From the NCBI GenBank assembly GCA_963682135.1, contig OY821645.1:2272001-2336000 (forward strand): a stretch of DNA of 64,000 nucleotides, read 5' to 3'. Below are positions 46,703 to 57,326 of the stretch, one piece after another. Position 1 is the first letter of the stretch. Every line of letters begins with the position of its first letter. Both the position numbers and the translations under genes were made by a program. Origin of the DNA: Methanothrix sp. GTDB lineage: Archaea; Halobacteriota; Methanosarcinia; Methanotrichales; Methanotrichaceae. The notes under the pieces are model-generated. The model did no database searches and had not been told where the DNA came from. It worked only from the letters and a program-made list of their open reading frames with translations.

Positions 46703-46897
46703 TCGAACCGAATTTTCTTATCAAACTGCGTGCGGCCACTCCACCCTAAACGTCTATGTGCCTCAGGACAATGGCACATACGAGGCAAATGAAAAACAAG
46801 ATCTATCGACATCATAAGTATTGTTTTTCATGGGAAAGGATGGTGTATGCTTCGGGCTGCACATAGCTATAGACAAAAATGCCGTTACTGTTAATCT

Positions 46898-48140
46898 GTG
46901 ACCACTCCCGCCAATGAATTGGCGGGCATCTAGGCTGATGCCAAAGACTGTAGCCCCAGTCTTGCGATGTTAAGAGCAGCATTGAGATCTCTATCTATCG
47001 ATAATCCACAATAGGGACAATTATGGACTCTGATAGATAGATCCTTTTTGACTATTTGACCACAGCTTGAGCATATCTGAGATGTATTTGCAGGATTTAC
47101 CAATACTACTTTCCTACCAGCATCTTCCGCTTTGTATGAAGTATATTGTACCAGTTTATTCCAAGCAGCATCCAATATGCTCTTCGCTAGGTTGTGATTA
47201 TGAACCATTTTGGTTATATTCAGGTCTTCAAATGCAATTATTCCATATTTGTTGATCCATTCTCGGCTCAGTTGTTGGGCAAAGTTCTCTCTTTGATTGG
47301 TTACCCTTTCGTGCAGATGACTTACAATTTTGCTTGCTTTCCTTCTCTTAGCAGATCCTTTTAGCAGCTTGTCACGTTTGCTTTGAGCCTTCTTGAGTTT
47401 TTCTTCATCAGCTAGAAGGAATTTAGGATTCTCGATGAACTCACCATTGGAAAGCACAGCGAAGTTCTTGATACCCATGTCCACGCCGACCATCTCATCA
47501 GATGGTTGCAGAATGTGATTTTGTGCCTCTTCAACCAGGAAAGACACATACCATTTTTTGGTTGAAGATCTTCGGATGGTCAGTCTCTTAACGCATCCAT
47601 CAACGGGGCGATGCAACTTGAATTTGATATCACCAATCTTGGATAACCAAATCACGTTGCCGTCTATGTAGAAGCCACTCTGTGGATAACTGATGCTATC
47701 GTATCTGTTCTTTCCCTTGAAGCGAGGATAACCAACTTCTTCTTCGCCAGATTGAACCCGTTTGAAGAAGGCTCTGAATGCGAGGTTAACCCTCAGAACC
47801 ACGTCCTGCAATACCTGAGAATGAACGGATTTCAGTTCCTGCTTCATCTCTTTCCAGATCGGTAGCATCCTCTTGGATTCAAAGTAGCTTACAGACTTCC
47901 CATCTTGTTCAAAGGCATTCTTTCGCATAGCCAACGTTTCGTTATAGACCCATCGGCAAAGCTCTAGTTGCTCATTCAGCTTGGTTACTTGAGCTTTTGT
48001 TGGCTTGAGTCTATATCGAAACACTCTCAATGGTTTACTTCACCTTTCTGCTTTGCTATTTGTTCAATTAGTTTACATATCTTTCGATAGGTACGGGTTG
48101 TATCCCGCCTTTGAAAAGGCGGGGATTAGCCCTGATTCCG
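46898..48140 (-). mobile_element. IS200/IS605-family tnpB-only element (IS1341-like)
   Basis: Subterminal hairpins at both ends (CCCGCCAAT..ATTGGCGGG at 46907-46926; ATCCCGCC..GGCGGGGAT at ~48102-48126); right end ...GGTCAC on - strand; left boundary approximate. Confidence 0.8.
46930..48030 (-). CDS. tnpB: RNA-guided endonuclease TnpB
   Basis: FRYRLKPT HTH; RuvC GVDMG, FEDL, DRDLNAA; Zn finger CSSCG..CPYCG. Confidence 0.95.
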   Translation of the reverse strand: MRVFRYRLKPTKAQVTKLNEQLELCRWVYNETLAMRKNAFEQDGKSVSYFESKRMLPIWKEMKQELKSVHSQVLQDVVLRVNLAFRAFFKRVQSGEEEVGYPRFKGKNRYDSISYPQSGFYIDGNVIWLSKIGDIKFKLHRPVDGCVKRLTIRRSSTKKWYVSFLVEEAQNHILQPSDEMVGVDMGIKNFAVLSNGEFIENPKFLLADEEKLKKAQSKRDKLLKGSAKRRKASKIVSHLHERVTNQRENFAQQLSREWINKYGIIAFEDLNITKMVHNHNLAKSILDAAWNKLVQYTSYKAEDAGRKVVLVNPANTSQICSSCGQIVKKDLSIRVHNCPYCGLSIDRDLNAALNIARLGLQSLASA

Positions 48141-48185
48141 TCCTAAAAAAAATTGAATATCGATGAGCTTCAAACCATCTGGCAT

Positions 48186-49652
48186 TCAATATTGCCTGGC
48201 CATGTAGGTCCGGCCAGGACTGTCCTTGCCGCAGACAGCACAGGGAGCAAATGAGAAGCTCTGGTATTGCGGCTCACCCAGCATGTTCGCCTCCACCAGG
48301 TTCTCTAATTCATGGCCGCATTCCACCGATCCACACCAGGGCACCAGAGCCACACCCACCTGCGTCTGCACCTTGGCGTCCTCAATGTTGGCGACCTCTC
48401 TTACCTTGGCCTCATGAAGACTGGTGGCTTTGGTGTAGAGGGCTTCCTGGAGCTCTTCCGCCTCTTTATTGATGGCTTGCACCAGTCCCACCATGGGCAC
48501 CGTTTTCTTGGCTTTGTCGCGACGAACTAATGTGACGACACCTTTCTCAATATCCCTGGGTCCAACCTCCAGTCGAATGGGCACGCCCTTCATCTCCCAC
48601 TTGTAGAACTTGGCGCCCGGTCGATCATCACTGGTATCCAGTTGCACTCGCACCCGGGCAAGAGATAGCTCGTCCTGCAACTGCCGGCTGACTGCCAGAA
48701 CTTTATCCTTGTCGCCCAGAAGAATGGGTACTATTACTACCTGGGTTGGGGCTACCCCCCAAGGCAGGACCAGGCCGTTCCCGTCCCCGTGCACGGAGAT
48801 GAGAGCGGCAATGCAGCGCTCCGAAATGCCGTAGCAGGTCTGAGAGACCAACTTCTGCTCGCCGTTTTCCGCCTCGTATGTGATCTCGTATGTCTTGGCG
48901 AAGGTAGAACCCAGATGGTGCGCCGTGCCAACCTGCAGAGTCTTGCCATCAGGCATGATGACATCTATGGCCGTGGTGTAATCCGCTCCGGGAAACTTAT
49001 CCCAGCTGGGGCGGCGGCTTACCAGGAATGGCAAGGCCAGACGGCGGTAGAACTCCGAGTACCTGGCAATGGCCACCTCGACCTGGTTTTCTGCATCTTC
49101 CCAGGTAGCATGAACGGTGTGCGCCTCCTTGAAAGATGTTATCTCGCGCAGGCGTATGAGCGGCCTGGTGTGCTTGGTCTCATAGCGGAATGTATTGACT
49201 ATCTGATAAATTCGCAGCGGCAGGTCGGCATGCGACCTGATCCAGAGCTTGAACATGGGATAGATAGCCGTCTCGCTCGTCGGTCGCAAGGCGAGCTTAA
49301 CATCCAGTGGAGATGTCCCGCCACTGGTCACCCAGTAGACCTCCTCCTCGAAGCCTTTGATGTGCTGAGCTTCTTTCATGAACTCGTTTTCCGGTATCAA
49401 AAGAGGAAACTGGGTCTCCTGATGATCGGGATCTAAAAGCTCCCGGATGACGGCATAGACATTTTTCTTGATGGCGTAGCCGAAGGGAAACCAGACGCAC
49501 ATACCCTTCACAGGATAGCGATTATCCACAACCTCCGCCATCATGAGCAGCTCGTGATACCATTCGCTGAAGTTATCCTTGGCCGGAAGCTTTGCTTGTT
49601 TGTTGTCCTTTGCCTTGGATTTTGAGTCGAATATCATCTTGGAATCGGTCAT
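48186..49652 (-). CDS. proS: proline--tRNA ligase (archaeal type)
   Basis: [25 protein letters not shown]-terminal ARQY. Confidence 0.97.
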   Translation of the reverse strand: MTDSKMIFDSKSKAKDNKQAKLPAKDNFSEWYHELLMMAEVVDNRYPVKGMCVWFPFGYAIKKNVYAVIRELLDPDHQETQFPLLIPENEFMKEAQHIKGFEEEVYWVTSGGTSPLDVKLALRPTSETAIYPMFKLWIRSHADLPLRIYQIVNTFRYETKHTRPLIRLREITSFKEAHTVHATWEDAENQVEVAIARYSEFYRRLALPFLVSRRPSWDKFPGADYTTAIDVIMPDGKTLQVGTAHHLGSTFAKTYEITYEAENGEQKLVSQTCYGISERCIAALISVHGDGNGLVLPWGVAPTQVVIVPILLGDKDKVLAVSRQLQDELSLARVRVQLDTSDDRPGAKFYKWEMKGVPIRLEVGPRDIEKGVVTLVRRDKAKKTVPMVGLVQAINKEAEELQEALYTKATSLHEAKVREVANIEDAKVQTQVGVALVPWCGSVECGHELENLVEANMLGEPQYQSFSFAPCAVCGKDSPGRTYMARQY

Positions 49653-50251
49653 GTAACCACCGAAATTGCAATAGGGGTGATAAAGGTTTCAATGGCCGCA
49701 GCCAGGAAGAGCAGCGGCGCGACATAGCGCCCGAGGAAATGGACCGCCACCCTGATCTCGCTGGACAGGTCGGCCTTCTCTTTGGCCAGGGTCAGGGCCA
49801 GCAGATAGCCCAGCCGAAAGCCGATAGCAATGCTCACCAGTACTACCGGCAGCTCAATAATGCCGTGGGGCAGGATTCCTGCAGCCAGAAAGAGAAAACC
49901 CGCCTTCTTTACGGAAGCATAGCCTACTATGCCCAGCAGAAAGCCGTTGCTGGTAACGACCATCAAAGGAATGAGACCCAGGCCCAGCCCCAGCAGCATG
50001 GCCATAGCCGAGGCGAGGAGATTCTTGAGGAATATTATTAGCATTATGAGGACAGGCGGCTGATCCAAAATCCACTTCAGCATCTCCAGCTCTTTCGTCC
50101 ATTCTAATGCCAGCTTTGGATCGACAGCTGCGGCATAATAACCCATCACAGTCGTCAGAGCGAAGATGAAGACGGATATGCCAATGAATATATGAATTGA
50201 CTTCAGATAGGCCAGATCATCCTTTATTGACAAGCAATATCTCCCCTTCAA
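49649..50251 (-). CDS. SpoIIM/DUF95 membrane protein
   Basis: [26 protein letters not shown]. Confidence 0.9.
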   Translation of the reverse strand: MKGRYCLSIKDDLAYLKSIHIFIGISVFIFALTTVMGYYAAAVDPKLALEWTKELEMLKWILDQPPVLIMLIIFLKNLLASAMAMLLGLGLGLIPLMVVTSNGFLLGIVGYASVKKAGFLFLAAGILPHGIIELPVVLVSIAIGFRLGYLLALTLAKEKADLSSEIRVAVHFLGRYVAPLLFLAAAIETFITPIAISVVT

Positions 50252-50294
50252 CCTCGTCCGGCCTTTATTTAAGGATAGCGCGGTTTCGCGAGGG

Positions 50295-50900
50295 TCATGC
50301 GCTCAGGAAATAGACGCCAAAGCAGACCAAAAAGATGCCGCATATTCCCAGGATTAGTCGATAACTCCTCTCAGAGAGGATGTTGCGTCCCCGATCCAGG
50401 CTGATGGAGACCAGAGTATACCATCCGAAGTCCGCCAGCCAGTGACCTATCAAGAATACGGCTGCGATGATTACTCCCGAATGCAGGCCGGAGAGCACCA
50501 GGGCGCTGCCGATGGAAAGCCACCAGATCCAGAAGTAGGGATTAGAGGCGCTGGTGATAATTCCTGCCAGATAAGCATTGCCTAACATCTGCCCCTCAGG
50601 CCTGGCCAATGTGGCGCTGCGGCTCCCAGATAAAGTCATAAACCCAAAGATTACCAGAGCCAGGCCGCCCACCAGAGAGATAGCGCGGGAATAACCTTGC
50701 ATGGCATCGGCCAGCCCGCCGATGATGAGGAGAAATATCAGGGTCTCAACCAGAGCGTGGCCTGCGATCACTTTTGGGCCGGCCTTCCAGCCTTCTTTAA
50801 GCGAGGAATTGACCGTGGCCACAAGCGTCGGCCCGGGAGCCAGCGCTCCGGTGAGACCGATAGTAAAGGCCATTGCCAGCATCTGCAAGATCTCGTACAT
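50295..50900 (-). CDS. LysE-family transporter
   Basis: GALAPGP, GHALVE, SNPYFWIWW. Confidence 0.9.
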   Translation of the reverse strand: MYEILQMLAMAFTIGLTGALAPGPTLVATVNSSLKEGWKAGPKVIAGHALVETLIFLLIIGGLADAMQGYSRAISLVGGLALVIFGFMTLSGSRSATLARPEGQMLGNAYLAGIITSASNPYFWIWWLSIGSALVLSGLHSGVIIAAVFLIGHWLADFGWYTLVSISLDRGRNILSERSYRLILGICGIFLVCFGVYFLSA

Positions 50901-50995
50901 TTCTCACTCCATAGCCCGGATTTCCAGGCAAAATAAGCCTTTGCCCAAGAGCAATGATGCTTGAAAGAATTAAGCCACGGAAAAGCAGACGAAAA

Positions 50996-51068
50996 TGGAC
51001 AGGTCGGGATTTGAACCCGAGGCCTCTACCATGCCAAGGTAGCGATCTTCCAGCTGATCTACCTGCCC
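50996..51068 (-). tRNA. tRNA-Ala(GGC)
   Basis: GGGCAGGTAGATCAGCTGGAAGATCGCTACC-TTGGCAT-GGTAGAGGCCTCGGGTTCAAATCCCGACCTGTCCA; cloverleaf with G3:U70. Confidence 0.96.
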
Positions 51069-51407
51069 AACAGCACTGAAGGTAAGTCGTACCCCATTTA
51101 AACATGTCGGTAGGAAGACGGTGGATGGGCTATGCGCTACTTCACATATCCCTATTCTTTCTCCAGGAAAAACTACATGGTACATTTAATGGCCGTTGAG
51201 CCCGAGGAGAAGAGCCCAATCAACCGGAAGATTCCATCCTGCATGCTGATAGGAAAAATTCCTGGTTTCGATCCTAATTTTCCTTGTCAATGGCAGAATA
51301 GGCCTTTTCCATTCTTCTATCATCGTGCGCGGATTGCAGCCGCAGCTGTACAGCTCGACACAGATCCTAAGCATTATATCCATCTTATCAGAATAGTGGC
51401 GACTATC

Positions 51408-51941
51408 ATGAAACACTGGACGCAGATATCACTCCTGTTCATGCTCCTGGCGAGCAGCGGCGAAGGGACCATGTATCTCTACGGCGGCAGCGACGCCTAC
51501 GGTCAGACAATGAGCTATCCCGGCTACGGCACTCCGCTAGCCTTCACCTCATTTGTTCCCGGCAACAATACCACAGTTGTGTCCCCAGCCTTGCTGAGAG
51601 CTACCATCTTCCGGCCCGAGTTCCGATTCCAAAAATACCAGAACGCCACCGGTGATTATCATCCCATCCTGCCCCTCTGGAACCAGTTCACCTTCTACCT
51701 GCCGTTTCTCAGCAGGGAAGACTGGTCTTTCGGCAGCTACAATAGCTATGTTCCTTCCGTTAAAAATTTCTTGAAAGATGACTGGAGCCCAGCTGGCAGG
51801 GACTATGATACAGCTGCCGTGAGGCAGTTTATGCAAGCAGACAGCTATCACGAAGGAGTCGAGCCGCATAACGATCCAGATCGCCTGGGCATCAATCAAT
51901 TCCTGGATGATGATGAGCCGCCGGGAAGACCGCTACTATGA
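51408..51941 (+). CDS. hypothetical secreted protein
   Basis: Signal-peptide-like MKHWTQISLLFMLLA; ORF-track start at 51132 is probably too long. Confidence 0.6.
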   Translation: MKHWTQISLLFMLLASSGEGTMYLYGGSDAYGQTMSYPGYGTPLAFTSFVPGNNTTVVSPALLRATIFRPEFRFQKYQNATGDYHPILPLWNQFTFYLPFLSREDWSFGSYNSYVPSVKNFLKDDWSPAGRDYDTAAVRQFMQADSYHEGVEPHNDPDRLGINQFLDDDEPPGRPLL

Positions 51942-53345
51942 GATCACGAAACGGTCTCCTCTTGCTGGAATCACGACATTGCCAATTCCCAGCTTGCTCA
52001 GCCCTGCTGCCATAGCCGCTGCCGCATCCGGCTCGCCGTGCACCACGAACACACGCTGTGGCTTGTCGGCAATCGCAGAGACAAAATCAAGCAGCCCGCC
52101 TTCGTCCGCATGGGCGCTGTAGCCATCAATAACTTCCATCCTGGCCCTTACCTCGTACTCTTCGCCATATATGTGCGCGGTCTTGTCTCCTTGCAAGAGC
52201 TTTCGTCCCAGAGTATTCTCCGCCTGATATCCTACGAAAAGAATAGTGGTCTTGGGATCGCCGATATTGCGGCGCAGATGATGCAGCACTCTTCCGCCCT
52301 CGCACATACCCGAAGCGCTGATGATAATTGCCGGCTTTGCAAGGTTGTTGAGCTTCTTCGAATCCTCAGTGCTATGGGTGTACTTGAGCATATCAAAGCC
52401 AAAGGGATCCATCCCTCCGTCCTGCAACAAGAGCTTCTCCGTCTCCTCATCATAGCACTCGGGATGCTGCCGGAAGATCTCGGTGATATTGGTTGCCAGA
52501 GGGCTGTCCACATAGACGGGTATGGAGGGAATCTGTTTTGATTCCATCAATTCGTGCAGATGATAGACCACATCCTGAGTTCTCCCTACGGCAAATGCGG
52601 GAATTATAAGCAGGCCGCCTTTATGCGCCGTCTCACTTACGATCCTGGCCAATTTCTCTTTGGCTTTATTCATAGGACCGTGATGGCGTCCCCCGTAGGT
52701 CGATTCTGTGATGAGGACATCGGCGCGCTCAAGGACCTGTGGATCTCGAACCACTGCTGCACCTTTTCTTCCCAGATCGCCGGTGAAGGCAAGCGTTGTC
52801 ACCTTCTTCTCCCCCTGACCCTCTGTAATCTCCAGCGTCACCGTAGCCGAGCCAAGAATGTGTCCCGCATCTCTAAAGGTGAGTTTTATGCCGGGAAGAA
52901 TCTCAACCGTTCGACCGTATTCAAGGGTTTGAAAGAGACGCAGTGTGCCTGCAACATCACGTGTTGCGTATAGCGGCTTAATAAAAGGCTGTCCAATTTT
53001 CGCATTCAGTTTGTTTACATATTTTGCGTCCATCTCCTGAAGGGAAGCGGAGTCGCGCAACATGGCACTACAAATGTCGCGCGTCGCCGATGTCGATAAA
53101 ATGCTGCCATCAAAGCCATTTTTTACCAGCATGGGCAATTTGCCGCTATGGTCAAGATGGGCATGAGACAGCACTACCGCATCGATGCTCATAACATCAA
53201 AAGGAAACTCTGAATTCAGCTTCCTGGATTCCTGCCGTCTGCCCTGCACCATTCCGCAGTCCAGCAGCACACGCTGCCCATTTGCCTCTACCAGATGCAT
53301 AGATCCGGTAACGGACTGTGCTGCCCCCAAGAATTGCAGTATCAA
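51936..53345 (-). CDS. MBL-fold beta-CASP ribonuclease
   Basis: SHAHLDH, AGHILGS, ESTYG, YSAHAD, VHGE. Confidence 0.93.
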   Translation of the reverse strand: MILQFLGAAQSVTGSMHLVEANGQRVLLDCGMVQGRRQESRKLNSEFPFDVMSIDAVVLSHAHLDHSGKLPMLVKNGFDGSILSTSATRDICSAMLRDSASLQEMDAKYVNKLNAKIGQPFIKPLYATRDVAGTLRLFQTLEYGRTVEILPGIKLTFRDAGHILGSATVTLEITEGQGEKKVTTLAFTGDLGRKGAAVVRDPQVLERADVLITESTYGGRHHGPMNKAKEKLARIVSETAHKGGLLIIPAFAVGRTQDVVYHLHELMESKQIPSIPVYVDSPLATNITEIFRQHPECYDEETEKLLLQDGGMDPFGFDMLKYTHSTEDSKKLNNLAKPAIIISASGMCEGGRVLHHLRRNIGDPKTTILFVGYQAENTLGRKLLQGDKTAHIYGEEYEVRARMEVIDGYSAHADEGGLLDFVSAIADKPQRVFVVHGEPDAAAAMAAGLSKLGIGNVVIPARGDRFVIS

Positions 53346-53515
53346 TGTAAAACCACCCTTTTAAAAATTCCTCGTTTTCTGTTTCCCACATGAGGTGCTT
53401 TATGTGGATTGATATTAGCGGATCATGATAAATATTCTTTGCCAGGATAATCGAGAAACTATTTAATGAAGGAAGTGAAATCAGCAACATTTAGACTGCA
53501 ATACCATTTAGACTG

Positions 53516-53896
53516 GTGAAGATTATGATTCATCCCGAGCGTGTATTCTCCTTCAAGGAGCTGGAAAGCGAAGATGATCTGGTGGAAGCCATGATCAACC
53601 ATAAATGGCCGATATGCTATGGTTTTTACTACGGAAATCTGCTCTACCTGGGTGACGGGGATAACGAGGATAAGCCTGAGTATGCCGTCATGACCATCGA
53701 TAAAACAGAAGGCCACCATGGAGTTCATGGCCGCGAGGTGGGAAGGATTAAACCCGCCGGAATGTCCGCAGAGCAGGTCCATGAATTCATTCAGAAGATG
53801 ATGGCAGGCCGCTATGAAAACGAAAATCCAGTAAAAATCGAGGCAGAACCCATATGGCATCATAGCTGCCGGTTCTGCCGGCTGGAAGAAGAATGA
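53516..53896 (+). CDS. hypothetical protein
   Basis: 126-aa ORF ending HSCRFC. Confidence 0.65.
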   Translation: MKIMIHPERVFSFKELESEDDLVEAMINHKWPICYGFYYGNLLYLGDGDNEDKPEYAVMTIDKTEGHHGVHGREVGRIKPAGMSAEQVHEFIQKMMAGRYENENPVKIEAEPIWHHSCRFCRLEEE

Positions 53897-53900
53897 ATAG

Positions 53901-54905
53901 GTGATTATCATACCCATATCTAACTACGGCGTGCTGAAGGGAAAGGCGAAAAATAAACTAGAGGGACAGGGCAAAAGCCCGCATTTCCATGTGTTGGTAA
54001 GCGATCATGAGAAGTTTCGCATCGCTTTCAACGTCAAATCCCAGGTTGAGCCATCGACTCTGCTCTATTTTATTGATGAGAACTTCGATCACCCCATCCT
54101 GAAATATCTGCCGCAACTACCCAGCGGCTTTACGAAATTGGACTGCAAAGCCGGTGGCATGGCCCTGGACTTCATCCGCAGCAACATGTTCGACACTGCT
54201 CAAATGAAGCCTTTGCCATATAACGTTCCTGGCCCGGATAACGACCTGAACGAACTGCTACAAAAATACATAAAGAGAAGTATGGCTATGCAGTCGAGCG
54301 TTATCTATGCCTTTGGTCAGAGATGGGGACCCGAGAAGGATAAGCCTGACGACTACTTCGATTTCCTGCCTGGAAACGGTATCCATGACATCCATATGAA
54401 TCAGGGAAATGCTCCACAATGGAAAGAGGATGATGGGCCCTGGCAGGACGGGGGGCTAATATTCCATCTTCCTGATGAAAAACGCTGGGTAGCCCTGTTC
54501 ACAGCTTTCCAGTCCCAATGTTTCCATACCGATGATGTTACCGGTCACAGAATCTCCCAAGCCTGCGATGTACCAGCCGCAGATGGGCGTGTGTGCATAG
54601 TAGCCGCTTTAGTCAACCCCTCGGGTTCTGACAAGGGATTGGAGAGCGTCATCATCCTCAACATCACACCCAATCCCATAGATCTCAAAGGTTGGAATCT
54701 GGTAGACAGCGAAAAGAAGAAAATGCCGCTTTCCGGAATTCTGAAAGCAGGGCAGACCATGACGTTTTCACTTTCTGGGACGGGCATACAGCTGCAAAAC
54801 GAAGGAGGAATTATAACCCTACTGGACAACAAAGGCCTGAAGGTGCATGGAGTTAGCTACACAGCAAAGGATGCTGCAAATGAGGGATGGACTATTGTTT
54901 TCTAG
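53901..54905 (+). CDS. YukJ/DUF2278 protein with C-terminal lamin-tail-like domain
   Basis: YGVLKG, GIHDIHMNQGN, WQDG; ALVNPSG.D...IDLKGW.L.D. Confidence 0.85.
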   Translation: MIIIPISNYGVLKGKAKNKLEGQGKSPHFHVLVSDHEKFRIAFNVKSQVEPSTLLYFIDENFDHPILKYLPQLPSGFTKLDCKAGGMALDFIRSNMFDTAQMKPLPYNVPGPDNDLNELLQKYIKRSMAMQSSVIYAFGQRWGPEKDKPDDYFDFLPGNGIHDIHMNQGNAPQWKEDDGPWQDGGLIFHLPDEKRWVALFTAFQSQCFHTDDVTGHRISQACDVPAADGRVCIVAALVNPSGSDKGLESVIILNITPNPIDLKGWNLVDSEKKKMPLSGILKAGQTMTFSLSGTGIQLQNEGGIITLLDNKGLKVHGVSYTAKDAANEGWTIVF

Positions 54906-55095
54906 AAACTGAGACAAATTCTGCGCATACCAGGGGTACTGTCGCAAATTAATGCTCTATCCCAGGCTAATTCATCTTTTTAGAGGCAAAAATCAGGGCA
55001 AATCGCATGCCATCTAGATAAATTAATATAATAGTATTCTGTATAACAATAATTCGAATATCATTTGTTTGACTGGGAAGCACGGAGGGAATTTG

Positions 55096-55368
55096 ATGGT
55101 TGAGACAAGGAATTTTGCCCTCAGGGATGAAAAGGGCAATGAGATTGGGGTCTTTACAGGAAAGCAACCAAGACAAGCAGCCTTGAAAGCGGCCAACAGA
55201 GGCATAACGGATATACGGCTCAGGGAGCGTGGCACAAAAAAGGTGCACATATTCGCAGGGGAAAGGGTTCAGGTAACAAAGCCCAAAGGGGCGCCCACCT
55301 GGATGCCGGATAAGATCTGGAAGCCAAAGGTCAAAAAAATGGGTGTCGAGAAGCTGGAAGAGCTCTAG
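55096..55368 (+). CDS. non-histone chromosomal protein MC1
   Basis: RNFALRD..GNEIGVFTGKQPRQAALKAANRG..LRERGTKKVH. Confidence 0.95.
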   Translation: MVETRNFALRDEKGNEIGVFTGKQPRQAALKAANRGITDIRLRERGTKKVHIFAGERVQVTKPKGAPTWMPDKIWKPKVKKMGVEKLEEL

Positions 55369-55605
55369 AAGCCTAATTTTTAAACAATGAGTCTTGTTCG
55401 TTCTGATCTGTGAGCGAACATATCTCATCATCTTATTTATTATCATATTTTGTCTTATTATACCAGACACCTTCGCGAATGCTGGCGGCCAAATGCATCC
55501 CCAATAGATCATCATCTGGAAATGAAGCGGATACAGGCCAAAGAGCCGGCACCTTGAAGGCGCAATCTATATCAATTTTGACATTGACTGGGGTGGATGG
55601 TAACT

Positions 55606-55839
55606 ATGGCAAAAAACAATAAGAAGAGCAAGGGTCCCCAAGATCGCAACAGCAATTATCAGATGAAAAACGGCAATCCAGTCTCCAAGAAGAAGGAAAA
55701 GAAATCCAATGCATCCAAGCCCGGTGAGACGAAATCTGCTGCCCAGACAAAGCCCGCGGAGCAGAAGAGCATCATCTCAGGCATTTCCAGCAGCATCACC
55801 AATGCCACAAACAGCATAAGCAAGATGTTCAAACATTAA
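55606..55839 (+). CDS. small basic hypothetical protein
   Basis: K/S-rich ORF of about 77 aa. Confidence 0.55.
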   Translation: MAKNNKKSKGPQDRNSNYQMKNGNPVSKKKEKKSNASKPGETKSAAQTKPAEQKSIISGISSSITNATNSISKMFKH

Positions 55840-55915
55840 GCGGTATTTTAAAATCGATAGGTCCGGTGTGGCAGGACGATGCGCACCGGAGATCATACCT
55901 TTATGAGGAATTGCC

Positions 55916-57247
55916 ATGAAGTTGATTGCATTCATCGTATATTTTGCCTTATCTGCCTGCCTGTTTCCATCGATGGTTGCAGCCCAGGATTTGGCATCAA
56001 ATCAAAGCGCTTATGCACCGCCGATTGCCAATGACAGCGCCCGGGTGGAATTGGTATCCTTTCTGGAAAATGCCCGAAATTTCACATTGAATAATGGAAA
56101 AGATGAGGCGCTCAAAGCCTTTAGCGACCCGAATGGTGAGTTTGTAAAGGGTGAGAAGTACATCTTTGCCTACGACTTCAATGGGACACTTCTGGCCCAT
56201 CCTTATCTGCACAACTTGATTGGCAGAAATAACCAGGATCTGGTAGACCCCAACGGGGTGCATTTCATAAAGAATCTGATAGAAGTCGCAAAGAGTGGCC
56301 AGGGCTTTGCCTACAATATCTATCCCAATCCAAATAGGTCGAACCAGACAGAGCTCAAGCTTCTCTATGTGGTCAAGGTTGATGATGACCTGTGGATAGG
56401 GTCCGGCATATACCTGCCCGGTGAGGTTCAACTCTTCAGCTTTGAGGACCAGCGAACTTTGATAGCGTTTGTAGATAAAGCAAGAGACTATGCACAAAAG
56501 AACGGCAAGGATAAGGCCATCCAGGTCTTCAATGATCCAGAAGGCGAATTTGTCACGAGAGATCTGTATGTATTTGCCTATGACGATTCGGGTAATGCTC
56601 TGAGCCTGCCTTTCCAGCCCTCGTTGGTGGGCACAAACCGGCTGGATGCCAGGGATGCCAATGGAATCGCTTTTACGAAAGATAATCTCGAGCTGGCTAG
56701 AGCCGGATCGGGACAGACCTACTACCTCTATCCCAATCCGGGAGAAAATATGAGCGAGGAGCTAAAACTAAGCTACACCACCAGGGTGGACGATAGCTGG
56801 TGGCTTGGATCAGGAATATTCGGTAGCTCATCCTCGGCCCAAAACAAATCCGCCATGAAGCCGACCAGCAGAGAAGAGCTGAAGACCTTTGTAGATGAGG
56901 CCTACAGCCATGCTCTGGTGACTGGCAGAGAAAAAGCTCTCAGGGATTTCATGGACCTCAATAGCAGCTGGGTTAGGGGGGATGTCTACATCTTTGCTCA
57001 GGATTTCAATGGAACATCTCTGTGCCTGCCTTACCTGCCCGATGAGGTGGGGACTAATCGCATGGATATTCAGAATGACCAGGGCGTTTACATCAACCGG
57101 GAGATGCGTGCCATAGCCATGAACGGCAGCGGCTTTTACGGGTACAGGTGGATAAATCCGATCACCAATCAGAGTGAGCCAAAGGTGAGCTACGTGTCCA
57201 AGGTGGATGATAGCTGGTGGCTGGGCGCAGGAATCTACGAGGCATGA
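55916..57247 (+). CDS. secreted protein with three single-Cache domains
   Basis: 3 x Y(I/V)FA.D..G..L..P....G.N....D..G...Y.NP.....K..Y...VDD..W.G.GI. Confidence 0.88.
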   Translation: MKLIAFIVYFALSACLFPSMVAAQDLASNQSAYAPPIANDSARVELVSFLENARNFTLNNGKDEALKAFSDPNGEFVKGEKYIFAYDFNGTLLAHPYLHNLIGRNNQDLVDPNGVHFIKNLIEVAKSGQGFAYNIYPNPNRSNQTELKLLYVVKVDDDLWIGSGIYLPGEVQLFSFEDQRTLIAFVDKARDYAQKNGKDKAIQVFNDPEGEFVTRDLYVFAYDDSGNALSLPFQPSLVGTNRLDARDANGIAFTKDNLELARAGSGQTYYLYPNPGENMSEELKLSYTTRVDDSWWLGSGIFGSSSSAQNKSAMKPTSREELKTFVDEAYSHALVTGREKALRDFMDLNSSWVRGDVYIFAQDFNGTSLCLPYLPDEVGTNRMDIQNDQGVYINREMRAIAMNGSGFYGYRWINPITNQSEPKVSYVSKVDDSWWLGAGIYEA

Positions 57248-57326
57248 GAATCTGAGAATTGATCCGTTGGCATCATCGTTTCCAAGCTGCCAAGGATCAC
57301 ATCATTTTTTCCATTTTTTTAGCTTC

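Noticed and set aside
50996-51068. tRNA-Ala as an island integration site
   Set aside because: No duplicated tRNA 3' end or integrase seen in the window
50797-51185. ORFs overlapping 50996-51068
   Set aside because: They overlap the tRNA-Ala gene
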